Part shown: positions 38,173 through 47,281 of the stretch, piece after piece | Layout of the letters: every line of letters starts with the position of its first letter | Numbering within the stretch: the first letter of the stretch is position 1 | Assembly (NCBI GenBank): GCA_964531975.1 | Contig: CAZHFU010000012.1 | Coordinates: 12,705 to 76,704, forward strand | DNA length: 64,000 nucleotides | DNA from: an uncultured Anaerolinea sp. | Lineage (GTDB): Bacteria; Chloroflexota; Anaerolineae; Anaerolineales; UBA4823 | Direction: 5' to 3' | Position numbers and translations under genes: made by a program | Notes under the pieces: model-generated | The model's input: the letters and a program-made list of their open reading frames with translations, nothing else | Database searches by the model: none | What the model was told of the DNA's origin: nothing

Positions 38173-38841
38173 ATGAAATTAGTTATCACCCATCCGTGGG
38201 ACCTCACTCCCAAGCAGGCCATCGCCTTGCAAAAGGAATTGCGCCCTCGGGTGGTGCGCATCGATCAATTTGAGCCGCCGCACACCATCGCCGGTATCGA
38301 TGTAGGCTTTGAGCACGGCGGAGCGCTAACCCGCGCCGCCGTGGCGGTGCTGCGCTTCCCCACCCTGGAGTTGATCGAAACCAGTCTGGCGCGCCTTCCC
38401 ACCACCTTCCCCTATGTGCCGGGGCTGCTCACCTTCCGCGAAGCTCCGGCGGTGCTGCAAGCTCTCGACGCCCTGCGCACTCTGCCAGATATGCTGATGT
38501 ATGACGGACAAGGCGTGGCCCACCCGCGCCGCCTGGGCATCGCCTCCCACGTGGGGCTGGTGACCGGCTTGCCCAGCATCGGAGCAGCCAAATCGCGCCT
38601 GGTGGGCGAATACACACCCCCCGGCGAAGCGCGTGGCGATTGGTCGCCCCTAATCCACCAGGGCGAAGTGATCGGCGCAGTGCTGCGCACCCGCGCCGGC
38701 GCAAAACCGTTATTTGTTTCCACCGGACATCGCGTCGGTTTAGAAAGCGCCATCGCCATCACCCTGGCATGCGCCCCCAAATACCGCCTTCCTGAAACCA
38801 CCCGCCAGGCTCACCACCTGGCATCGGAGCTTAAACCATGA
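38173..38841 (+). CDS. nfi: Endonuclease V
   Basis: AGIDVGF, FPYVPGLLTFRE, YDGQGVAHPRRLGIASH, YRLPETTRQAH. Confidence 0.95.
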   Translation: MKLVITHPWDLTPKQAIALQKELRPRVVRIDQFEPPHTIAGIDVGFEHGGALTRAAVAVLRFPTLELIETSLARLPTTFPYVPGLLTFREAPAVLQALDALRTLPDMLMYDGQGVAHPRRLGIASHVGLVTGLPSIGAAKSRLVGEYTPPGEARGDWSPLIHQGEVIGAVLRTRAGAKPLFVSTGHRVGLESAIAITLACAPKYRLPETTRQAHHLASELKP

Positions 38842-39419
38842 AAAGCGTGTGCGTCTACTGCGGTTCATCCGACAAAATCCCGGCCCACTACTACGCTGCC
38901 GCCCAAGCTATGGGCGGCGAGATCGCCCAGCGCGGCCTGAAGCTTTGGTATGGGGCGGGCAGCACCGGCCTGATGGGAGCGGTGGCGCAGGGCGCCCTGC
39001 AAGCCGGCGGCGAGGTGGTCGGGGTCATCCCGAAGTTATTCGACACCCCCCAGCTGGTCCACACCGGGCTAACGCGCCTGGAGGTGGTTGAGTCGATGCA
39101 CCAACGCAAGGCCCGCCTGGCCGACCAAGCCGACGGGTTCATCGCTTTGCCGGGCGGCTACGGCACATTCGAGGAGCTGTTCGAAATCCTCACCTGGGCG
39201 CAGATCGGCCTGCATCAAAAGCCGGTGGGCGTGCTCAATGTGCAAGGTTACTACGACCCCCTGCTCAGCATGATTCACCACGCCCAGCAGGAGGGCTTCA
39301 TCTACGCCGAACACCTGGCCCTGCTGCACGTCGCCTCCGCGCCGCAGGCGCTGCTCAACGCCATGCAGGCCTACCATCCCCCCGCCGGGCTGGAGAAATG
39401 GCTCAGCCGGGAGGATTAA
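38838..39419 (+). CDS. LOG family nucleotide 5'-monophosphate nucleosidase (TIGR00730-type)
   Basis: CVYCGSS, MHQRK, ALPGGYGTFEE (PGGxGTxxE); ATGA overlap with nfi. Confidence 0.92.
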   Translation: MKSVCVYCGSSDKIPAHYYAAAQAMGGEIAQRGLKLWYGAGSTGLMGAVAQGALQAGGEVVGVIPKLFDTPQLVHTGLTRLEVVESMHQRKARLADQADGFIALPGGYGTFEELFEILTWAQIGLHQKPVGVLNVQGYYDPLLSMIHHAQQEGFIYAEHLALLHVASAPQALLNAMQAYHPPAGLEKWLSRED

Positions 39420-39776
39420 GCCGCGGCTGGGCAGCGGCCTTTCACACAATCCAGATCATTCCCACGTGGCCGGGTAAGAAAGCTAAATTTAGTACTAAAG
39501 ACCTATCGATTAAACCCATCTTTTCCTTAGGGTGGGCAATATATGTGGTATAATTTTTGCATAGGGGAAGCTCCTGTCGAGCCGATTTATTTATCCTGAT
39601 TAGTGGTGCTGTTTATCTGCGTTCATCCTCCTGAGATTTAGCTTTAACACGGTTGCGGCGTTCTTGCGCCAAACGACTTATTCCCTCTCTCCGAGCGCCT
39701 ATTGACATTATTTTTTTACGCACCATTATCTAACCCACCCTACCCAACCCTATTTCCCCCTCCTACAAAGGCAAAT

Positions 39777-41051
39777 ATGAGAGTTCTCGAACTAGAAAAT
39801 GTATCCCTGGCCTCCCTAAGGCAAATTGCGCGTGAACTAGATGTTACCAACGCCAACCGCCTAAAGAAGGAAGACCTGATCTTGAAGATTCAGCAGGCCG
39901 AAGCCGAACGGCAGGGCTTGGAAATGCGCGGCGGCATCCTCGAAATTATGAGCGAGGGCATCGGCTTTCTGCGTTCTGGGCACTACCAACCCGGCCAGTA
40001 CGATGTGTACGTGTCGCAGTCGCAAATCCGGCGTTACAACCTGCGCAATGGCGACCTGGTGATTGGCAATGTGCGCCCGCCGCGCGAGTCGGAACGGCAC
40101 TATGGTTTGCTTAAAGTGGAAAGCGTCAACGGCCTCAACCCTGAAGAAACTAAGTATCGCCCGACGTTCGAATCGTTGACCCCCATCTTCCCCGATAAGC
40201 GCTTCGACCTGGAAACCGACCGGCATACCCTATCCACCCGCCTGATTAACCTGGTCACCCCCATCGGGCGCGGCCAGCGTGGGCTGATCGTCTCGCCGCC
40301 CAAGGCCGGTAAAACCACCATCCTAAAGCAAATCGCCAATGCCATCTCCACCAAGTACCCGGAAGTGCATCTTATGGTGGCGCTCATCGGTGAGCGCCCG
40401 GAAGAAGTGACCGACATGGATCGCTCGGTAGACGCCGAAGTGATCTCATCCACCTTCGATGAACCGGTTAGCTCGCATGTGCGCGTGGCCGAAATGGCCC
40501 TCGAACGCGCCAAGCGCCTGGTGGAAAATGGGCGCGATGTGGTGATCTTAATGGACTCGATTACCCGCCTGGCGCGCGCCTATAACCTGGTGGTTACACC
40601 CTCCGGGCGCACGCTCTCCGGCGGCATCGACCCCTCCGCCCTGTACCCGCCCAAACGCTTCTTTGGCGCGGCGCGGAATATTGAAGAAGGCGGCTCGCTC
40701 ACTATCATCGCCACCTGCCTGATCGATACCGGCTCGCGCATGGATGATGTGGTTTACGAGGAATTCAAAGGAACCGGCAACATGGAACTGCACCTCTCAC
40801 GCCGACTGCAAGAACGGCGCGTGTTCCCGGCCATCGACATCGAGCGCAGCTCCACCCGCCGCGAAGAGCTGCTCTTAGGCCCAGACATTACCCAGCGCGT
40901 GTGGCTGATGCGCCACATGTACGATCAAATGGTCACCCCGCCGCCCAACGGCCCAGGGATGGACGCCTCCAACGCCACAGAAGCCATCCTCACCACGCTG
41001 CAGCGCACTGCCAACAACCAGGAATTTCTCGAATCCCTGGCCGACCGCTAA
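39777..41051 (+). CDS. rho: Transcription termination factor Rho
   Basis: GIGFLR, DVYVSQSQIR, PIGRGQR, PPKAGKT Walker A, DSITRLARAYN, EEFKGTGNME; ATG 39777. Confidence 0.97.
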   Translation: MRVLELENVSLASLRQIARELDVTNANRLKKEDLILKIQQAEAERQGLEMRGGILEIMSEGIGFLRSGHYQPGQYDVYVSQSQIRRYNLRNGDLVIGNVRPPRESERHYGLLKVESVNGLNPEETKYRPTFESLTPIFPDKRFDLETDRHTLSTRLINLVTPIGRGQRGLIVSPPKAGKTTILKQIANAISTKYPEVHLMVALIGERPEEVTDMDRSVDAEVISSTFDEPVSSHVRVAEMALERAKRLVENGRDVVILMDSITRLARAYNLVVTPSGRTLSGGIDPSALYPPKRFFGAARNIEEGGSLTIIATCLIDTGSRMDDVVYEEFKGTGNMELHLSRRLQERRVFPAIDIERSSTRREELLLGPDITQRVWLMRHMYDQMVTPPPNGPGMDASNATEAILTTLQRTANNQEFLESLADR

Positions 41052-41093
41052 AACGGGCCGCCATCATCCGGGGTTCACGCGGTTAGCTGCTAT

Positions 41094-41141
41094 CGGGGGT
41101 GTTTGCTCGGCCTTTGCCCAGCAAACACCCCCGGGTATTTT
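41094..41141 (+). terminator. Intrinsic-terminator-like hairpin after rho
   Basis: CGGGGGTGTTTGCT / AGCAAACACCCCCG 14-bp stem followed by GGTATTTTT. Confidence 0.7.
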
Positions 41142-41256
41142 TAATCAACCTGCCGCGCCAACCTAATATTTCATTTTAGTTATTAACCCTTAACCTGTGC
41201 GCCCCCAGCCGGCTAAAACGACCCCCGGCCATCACCGCCATGTTATACTCAAATGG

Positions 41257-42372
41257 TTGAAAAGCGAAACCTTCTCTAACCCTGCTGCTCAAAAAGAGCG
41301 TCTCATTTCCCAACTGGGCTGGCTGGCGGCGGCCGTGCTGGCCCTGGCGGCCCTTGGCATGGTCTGGCGCGCCCTGCACGGGCAAACCCTGCTGCCGCAA
41401 GCCGCTCTGGCTAGGGACAGCGCATCGGCGGGGCAAACCGGCGCGGGCGATCTGCGCCCCGCCTCCGCCCCCACCGGCTTACCGCCCTTCGCCACGCCAA
41501 CCGCCGGCGCGCAAGTGGCTCGCCGCCCCCAGGTGCATACCACCATCCCGCGGCGGCCCCGCCAAGATGTGATCGATTACTCCGTCCAAAAAGGCGATTC
41601 GGTGTTCGAGATTGCCAAAAAGTTCAACTTGCGGCCCGAAAGCGTCTTGTGGAGCAACTACGCCCAGCTTAACGACAACCCCGATCAGATTAGCGTGGGC
41701 ATGCAGCTGCTCATTCCGCCGGTAGACGGTGTGCTGTACGACTGGCAAACCGGCGATACCCTGGAAGCCGTGGCCGGGCGCTTCAAGGCCAACCCACAAG
41801 ATATTCTCAACTGGCCGGGCAATGGGCTAGACCTGGTGTCGCCGCAGGTGGCCCAGGGGACGCGCTTGATCGTCCCCGGTGGTCAGCGCGAGTTTCGCCA
41901 GTGGGTCATCCCCACCATCCCACGCGGCTCGGCGGGGGTAGCGGCTTCGGTGTATGGCGGCGGGGTGTGCCAGGATCTCGCCGAAGGTGGGGCCATGGGA
42001 ACCGGCTCCTTTGTTTGGCCGGCCGGCAATCACTTCCTTTCGGGCAACGATTACTGGCCCGGCCACCTGGCTATCGACATCGCCGCTGGGGCGGGCAGCT
42101 GGCTGTACGCCGCCGACGCTGGCGTGGTGGTGTTCGCCGGTTGGGCCAACGGCGGCTACGGCAGCACGGTGATGATCGACCACGGCAACGGTTATCAGAC
42201 CCTTTATGGGCACATGGATAGTGTGACTGTTCGCTGCGGCCAAAGTGTCAGCCAAGGGCAAACTATCGGCGTAGCCGGAACCACAGGCAACTCCACCGGC
42301 GTACATCTGCATTTTGAAGTGCGCTACCTGGGCGGCTTTGTCAGCCCCTGGACGGTGCTGCCGGCTCCATAA
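41257..42372 (+). CDS. Membrane-anchored LysM x2 + M23 peptidase; start uncertain (41197 GTG or 41257 TTG)
   Basis: YSVQKGDSVFEIAKKF LysM, HLAID, GNGYQTLYGHM, STGVHLHFEV. Confidence 0.88.
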   Translation: MKSETFSNPAAQKERLISQLGWLAAAVLALAALGMVWRALHGQTLLPQAALARDSASAGQTGAGDLRPASAPTGLPPFATPTAGAQVARRPQVHTTIPRRPRQDVIDYSVQKGDSVFEIAKKFNLRPESVLWSNYAQLNDNPDQISVGMQLLIPPVDGVLYDWQTGDTLEAVAGRFKANPQDILNWPGNGLDLVSPQVAQGTRLIVPGGQREFRQWVIPTIPRGSAGVAASVYGGGVCQDLAEGGAMGTGSFVWPAGNHFLSGNDYWPGHLAIDIAAGAGSWLYAADAGVVVFAGWANGGYGSTVMIDHGNGYQTLYGHMDSVTVRCGQSVSQGQTIGVAGTTGNSTGVHLHFEVRYLGGFVSPWTVLPAP

Positions 42373-42455
42373 GTGTTATACTTTCCTACGCCGCCGGAGA
42401 AACATCTTCTCCGGCAAGCGCGCCTTCAATCGACTAAAAAATTCCCCAGGAGGAA

Positions 42456-42647
42456 ATGATGGACAAAGACGAGATGGAACCCGAAACCGAATTAATCGTA
42501 GAGACAGATAATTTCTCGGCCTGGAAGGCCGCGGAGCCGGACGGCGAAACGACCTACCATGTGGAGTTAGGCCTGGTGACGCTGCACTTCTTTCAGGAAG
42601 AATGGGACGAGTTTTTGAAACTGGCGAATCTGCTGGTTAAATCGTAG
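42456..42647 (+). CDS. Small acidic hypothetical protein (63 aa)
   Basis: AGGAGG SD; own TG-T-TATACT promoter at ~42373-42381; EPDGETTYHVELG..LHFFQEEW. Confidence 0.8.
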   Translation: MMDKDEMEPETELIVETDNFSAWKAAEPDGETTYHVELGLVTLHFFQEEWDEFLKLANLLVKS

Positions 42648-42654
42648 GCTGCCC

Positions 42655-44301
42655 TTACGGCTGCGCCGCCTCTTCCACAGTGGGGGGCGGCGCAGTGAAC
42701 TGGGTAATCTGGTTGACGTAAGGCACTACCCCCTGGCACGGCTCGGTAAAGCGCGTCGAAACCACATCCCAAGTGAGTGTTCCGCCGGTTTGCCAGGCCT
42801 GGTGAATAGCAAAAGATACGCAGCCTGGCCCGACGTGATAGTTGGCGATAGTAAAACGCCACAGGTCTTCATAGGTCGCCACTCGCCCGGCCATCTCGCC
42901 GCTGGCGTTGAACACCACCCGGCTCACCTGGGCGCAGTTGGCCTTTAGCGTATTGGCGAACAGCGAAACCGTAAAGCCCACATTCGAAATATCAATCCCT
43001 GCCGGGCAATCGGCGCAGTCGGCGCGCGCTTGCAGCGCCAACGCCCCGCGCAAGATGCTGCGGTCTTTCTCGTCCAACATCAGGTAGCCGTGCGAACATG
43101 CCTCGGATGATAGGATCAACGGGCAAAATTGGCCGTAAAATTCCGGATTCCAAATAAAGATCGGATCTGCGCCCTGGTCGGTAATTTGCCCCAAACCAAA
43201 CTCATACGCCACCCGGTACATGCCCGGCCAAAACTGGCTTTCTTGGGCAAACAGATTCTTCATCAACTGGGCCGGCACGCCGGTATCACTGCTCACCTGG
43301 ATAATGCGCTGATCGAATTGATTCTGCCAATCCTCCACAATCGGGCGCGCCGTTTCCAAGCCGCAAGCGTCGGCATAGCCGTTAGGCAGCAAGCCCTTGT
43401 TCGGGCAGGCCGGCGCATCCACCACCCCCTGGGAAAGCAGCCGACCGGCCAGGTAGTAGTACGGGTCGCCGGAGGCCATCACCTCAAAATGATCGGGGGT
43501 CGTCAACCAGTCGGGGGTTTGCCCCACAGGCGGGAAGGCTTCCCAAATGCGGCTGCAGCTTGTGAGGGCCGGGCCGCTCCACTGGCTGCTGATGATATCC
43601 ACATAATAGCCGTCGTTCAGACCATCGGGAACGCGGCTCACCCCCGTTTCTAGAATGCGCACCTGGGCGGTGAAATGCTCGCTGGCATCGCCATAGCTGG
43701 AATTAGCCCAAAACTCCACCCCCACCCCCTGCACCGGCGTGGTGTACATCGGGAGGCTGCACTGGCTGCCGGCGCATTCAAAGGGCTGCCCGTCAAACAC
43801 GCCCTGGATGGAAACAATCTGCTGGTTAGGCAGCGGCTCCTCGGCGGTGAGCATTAAAGCGGGGATTTGTGGACAGAAGTTATCCGGCGGGGCGGGGTTG
43901 CAGCCTTCTAAGGCAATCGCCATGGTGGGCGAAGGCAACGTGACCGTGATCTGGCGCTCTTTTTGAAGCGAGGCGACAAAGTAAAGATAAAAGCCCTGGC
44001 AGGGCTTGCCATTTTGCTTACAATTGGGGGTGTTCCACCAGGCGGTGGCGTAATCGGCGCCGCACGAATGCGAAACCTCGCTCACGCTGGGCAAACCCTC
44101 GTGATCAATCAGCACCCGGCAGGCAATCTCGTTCGACGACCAGGCAATCAGCCACCATTCGTATTCGGTAAACGGAACGGTGACGGCGGTGGTGCGCGGT
44201 AAAGATTGGGCTAAAGCAACCTGTGTCCCCCAGATCAGCCCGCCAACCACTAACCCCAGTAACATTGCGGCTGTGGCAATGACCCAACCAATGCTTTTCA
44301 T
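42655..44301 (-). CDS. Secreted Cys-rich protein with C-terminal lysozyme/SLT-like domain
   Basis: Signal peptide; AQESQF, GLGQIT, ANYHVG resemble SLT motifs I-III; TTGACA-17-TATTTT promoter 8 nt before ATG 44301. Confidence 0.72.
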   Translation of the reverse strand: MKSIGWVIATAAMLLGLVVGGLIWGTQVALAQSLPRTTAVTVPFTEYEWWLIAWSSNEIACRVLIDHEGLPSVSEVSHSCGADYATAWWNTPNCKQNGKPCQGFYLYFVASLQKERQITVTLPSPTMAIALEGCNPAPPDNFCPQIPALMLTAEEPLPNQQIVSIQGVFDGQPFECAGSQCSLPMYTTPVQGVGVEFWANSSYGDASEHFTAQVRILETGVSRVPDGLNDGYYVDIISSQWSGPALTSCSRIWEAFPPVGQTPDWLTTPDHFEVMASGDPYYYLAGRLLSQGVVDAPACPNKGLLPNGYADACGLETARPIVEDWQNQFDQRIIQVSSDTGVPAQLMKNLFAQESQFWPGMYRVAYEFGLGQITDQGADPIFIWNPEFYGQFCPLILSSEACSHGYLMLDEKDRSILRGALALQARADCADCPAGIDISNVGFTVSLFANTLKANCAQVSRVVFNASGEMAGRVATYEDLWRFTIANYHVGPGCVSFAIHQAWQTGGTLTWDVVSTRFTEPCQGVVPYVNQITQFTAPPPTVEEAAQP

Positions 44302-44458
44302 GCAGCCTGAAAATAACATGAAGGGGGTGGTTTGTCAAGAAATTCATTGCCAGGCCCGGCGCGCATTTCAAAATTGTTTGGAGAAGCGGCTCCGGCGGGC
44401 GCGCCGGAGCCGCCGCGCACGTATTCCCAATGTGATTGAGTCGTGATAGACTCTAGCT

Positions 44459-47272
44459 ATGCCATCCATCTTGTATTTGATTGACGGCCACGCTTTGGCC
44501 TACCGCACCTATTTCGCCATCTCCAGCGGCAGCTCGGCTTTTCACACCCGCAGCGGTGAGCCAACCGCCGGCGTGTTTGGCTTCGCCAGCGTGCTGCTGC
44601 GCCTGATGGAACAAGAACGTCCCGAATACCTGGCGGTGGCGTTCGACACCGGACGCACCTTCCGAGATGCTATCTTCCCCGCCTATAAAGGCACACGCGA
44701 AAAAATGCCCGACGACCTGGCGGTGCAGATCGAACGCATCCGCCAGATGGTGGACGCCTTCAACATTCCGCGCCTCGAAATTGAGAACTATGAAGCCGAC
44801 GACATCCTGGGCAGCGTGGCGCGCCAAACTGCAGCTCGCGGTTTTGGCGTCAAGATCATCACCGGCGATAAAGATCTGCTTCAGCTGGTGGATGAGCGCA
44901 TCGTGGTGAGCCTGCCCGGCAAGAGCCTGAGCGACTCGAAAGACTACTTCCCAAAGGACGTGGAAGAATTCTTGGGAGTGCGCCCCGACCAGGTGGTGGA
45001 TTACAAAGCCCTGCTGGGCGATAAATCCGACAACATCCCCGGTGTAGCCGGAATTGGCGAAAAGACCGCCGCCTCGCTGCTGCAAACCTATAACACACTC
45101 GACAATATTTACGCTCACCTGGATGAGCTTTCCACCGGTGTACGCAAAAAACTCGAACTCGGGCGAGAATCCGCCGAGCTAAGCCGCACATTGGCCCAAA
45201 TTATCACCGACCTGGCTATTCCCTTCACACTGGAGCAGGCGCGCCTGGCAAATTTCGACCACGAGCGCGTGGATGAGCTGTTCCGCGAGTTAGAATTTCG
45301 CACCCTGGCCTCGCGCCTGGCCGCGCTCGACAGAATCTACCATCCCCAGGTTGGCGGCCCGGCGCTTTCTGAAGGCCGCCAGATGAGCCTGTTCGATACC
45401 GAAGGCTTGAAGGCCGCCGCCGAAGCGCCTGCCATCGCCATCCCCGCCGACAACGACCGCGTGGTGCATATTGTCGATACGCCCGAAAGCCTGGAGGCCC
45501 TGGTACAGCGCCTGGCGCAAGCCGAACACATTGCCTTTGACACGGAGACCACCTCCACCGACCAGATGCGCGCCGAACTGGTGGGCATTTCGCTGGCGGT
45601 GCAGCCCGGCGAAGGCTATTACATCCCCGTGGGGCACAACACCGGGCAGCAGCTGCCCTTGCAGCAAGTCATCGACGCCCTGCGCGGCCCGCTCACCAAC
45701 CCAGGCATCCCCAAGGTGGGCCATAATCTAAAATATGACTGGGTGATGCTCAATCGCTATGGGATTGACGCCGCCCCGCTCACTTTCGACACCATGTTGG
45801 CCGAATTTCTTACCGACCCCTCCTCGCGCAACCTGGGGCTAAAAAACCTGGCCTGGGTGCGCCTGGGTGTGCAGATGACCCACATCCAAGAACTCATCGG
45901 CAAGGGCAAAAAGCAAATTACCATGGCCGAAACGCCCATCGCCGCAGCTGCGCCCTACGCCGCCGCCGACGCTGAAGTGGTGCTGCGCCTGATGCCCCCG
46001 CTCACCACCGCCCTGCAAGAATGCCACGCCGAGAAACTGCTCTACGAACTGGAAATGCCCCTGGTTGCAGTGCTGGGCAAGATGGAAATGCAGGGTGTGA
46101 CCCTAGACGCCGCCTATCTGCAAAGTATGTCGGCCGACTTGAGCTTGCGCCTGGCGGATATTGAACGCCAGGTGTATGAACATGTGGGGCAAACCTTCAA
46201 CATTAACTCCACCCAACAGCTTTCCACCGCCCTGTTCGAGACCCTCAAAATTCGCCCTCCCGACCGCACCGCGAAGACCGCCAGCGGGTTCTTCTCCACC
46301 TCCGCCGAGGTGCTGGAAAGCTTGCGCGGCGAGCATCCGGTGGTGGATGGCCTCCTGGAATACCGCGAGCTTTCCAAGCTTAAGTCCACCTACCTCGATG
46401 CGCTGCCTTTGCAGGTCAACCCCACCACCGGAAGGGTGCATACCTCCTTTAACCAGGTGGGGGCCGTCACCGGGCGCATCGCCTCCTCCGACCCGAACTT
46501 GCAGAATATCCCCACCCGCACCGAGCTAGGCCGCCAGGTGCGCCACGCCTTCGTGGCCGCCCCTGGGCATGTGCTGCTCAGCGTGGATTATTCGCAGATT
46601 GAGCTGCGCATCGTGGCCCACATGGCCCAAGACCAACGCATGCTAGACGCCTTCCGCCACGGACAAGATATTCACGCCGCCACGGCCGCAGCGGTGATGG
46701 GCGTGCCGCTAGAGCAAGTTAGCAAAGATCAACGCCGCAAGGCCAAAGGGGTCAACTTTGGTCTGATCTACGGCATGTCGCCTTACGGGCTAACTCGCTA
46801 CGTCAACATTACCCTGGCCGAAGCGGAAAACTTTGTGGCCGCCTACAACCAGCAGTTTACCGGCGTGAAACAGTACCTGGACGGCATCCGCCGCCTGGCC
46901 GCCGAACAAGGCTATGTGGAAACGCTCATGGGCCGCCGACGCTACTTCCCGGCCTTGAAAAACAGCCTGGATCGCAACCAGCGGATGCGCGAAGAGCGCG
47001 AAGCCATCAACGCCCCCATCCAGGGCACAGCCGCCGATATTATGAAGCTGGCGATGATTCGCCTGCCCCAAGCACTGCACAAGGCGGGGCTTTCGGCTCG
47101 CCTGATGCTGCAAGTTCACGACGAGCTGGTATTAGAATGCACACCTGAAGAACTGGCCGCCACCGTGCAAACCGTGCGCGATGTGATGGAAAACGCCTAT
47201 ACGCTCGATATTCCACTGGATACCGAAGCGCGCAGCGGAATCAACTGGGGACAAATGGAAGTATTGGGCTAA
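44459..47272 (+). CDS. polA: DNA polymerase I (5'-3' exo, intact 3'-5' exo motifs, polymerase)
   Basis: IDGHALAYR, EADD, GDKSDNIPGV, AFDTET, HNLKYD, YAAADA, DYSQIELR, KGVNFGLIYG, QVHDEL. Confidence 0.98.
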   Translation: MPSILYLIDGHALAYRTYFAISSGSSAFHTRSGEPTAGVFGFASVLLRLMEQERPEYLAVAFDTGRTFRDAIFPAYKGTREKMPDDLAVQIERIRQMVDAFNIPRLEIENYEADDILGSVARQTAARGFGVKIITGDKDLLQLVDERIVVSLPGKSLSDSKDYFPKDVEEFLGVRPDQVVDYKALLGDKSDNIPGVAGIGEKTAASLLQTYNTLDNIYAHLDELSTGVRKKLELGRESAELSRTLAQIITDLAIPFTLEQARLANFDHERVDELFRELEFRTLASRLAALDRIYHPQVGGPALSEGRQMSLFDTEGLKAAAEAPAIAIPADNDRVVHIVDTPESLEALVQRLAQAEHIAFDTETTSTDQMRAELVGISLAVQPGEGYYIPVGHNTGQQLPLQQVIDALRGPLTNPGIPKVGHNLKYDWVMLNRYGIDAAPLTFDTMLAEFLTDPSSRNLGLKNLAWVRLGVQMTHIQELIGKGKKQITMAETPIAAAAPYAAADAEVVLRLMPPLTTALQECHAEKLLYELEMPLVAVLGKMEMQGVTLDAAYLQSMSADLSLRLADIERQVYEHVGQTFNINSTQQLSTALFETLKIRPPDRTAKTASGFFSTSAEVLESLRGEHPVVDGLLEYRELSKLKSTYLDALPLQVNPTTGRVHTSFNQVGAVTGRIASSDPNLQNIPTRTELGRQVRHAFVAAPGHVLLSVDYSQIELRIVAHMAQDQRMLDAFRHGQDIHAATAAAVMGVPLEQVSKDQRRKAKGVNFGLIYGMSPYGLTRYVNITLAEAENFVAAYNQQFTGVKQYLDGIRRLAAEQGYVETLMGRRRYFPALKNSLDRNQRMREEREAINAPIQGTAADIMKLAMIRLPQALHKAGLSARLMLQVHDELVLECTPEELAATVQTVRDVMENAYTLDIPLDTEARSGINWGQMEVLG

Positions 47273-47281
47273 GGAGCAAGA

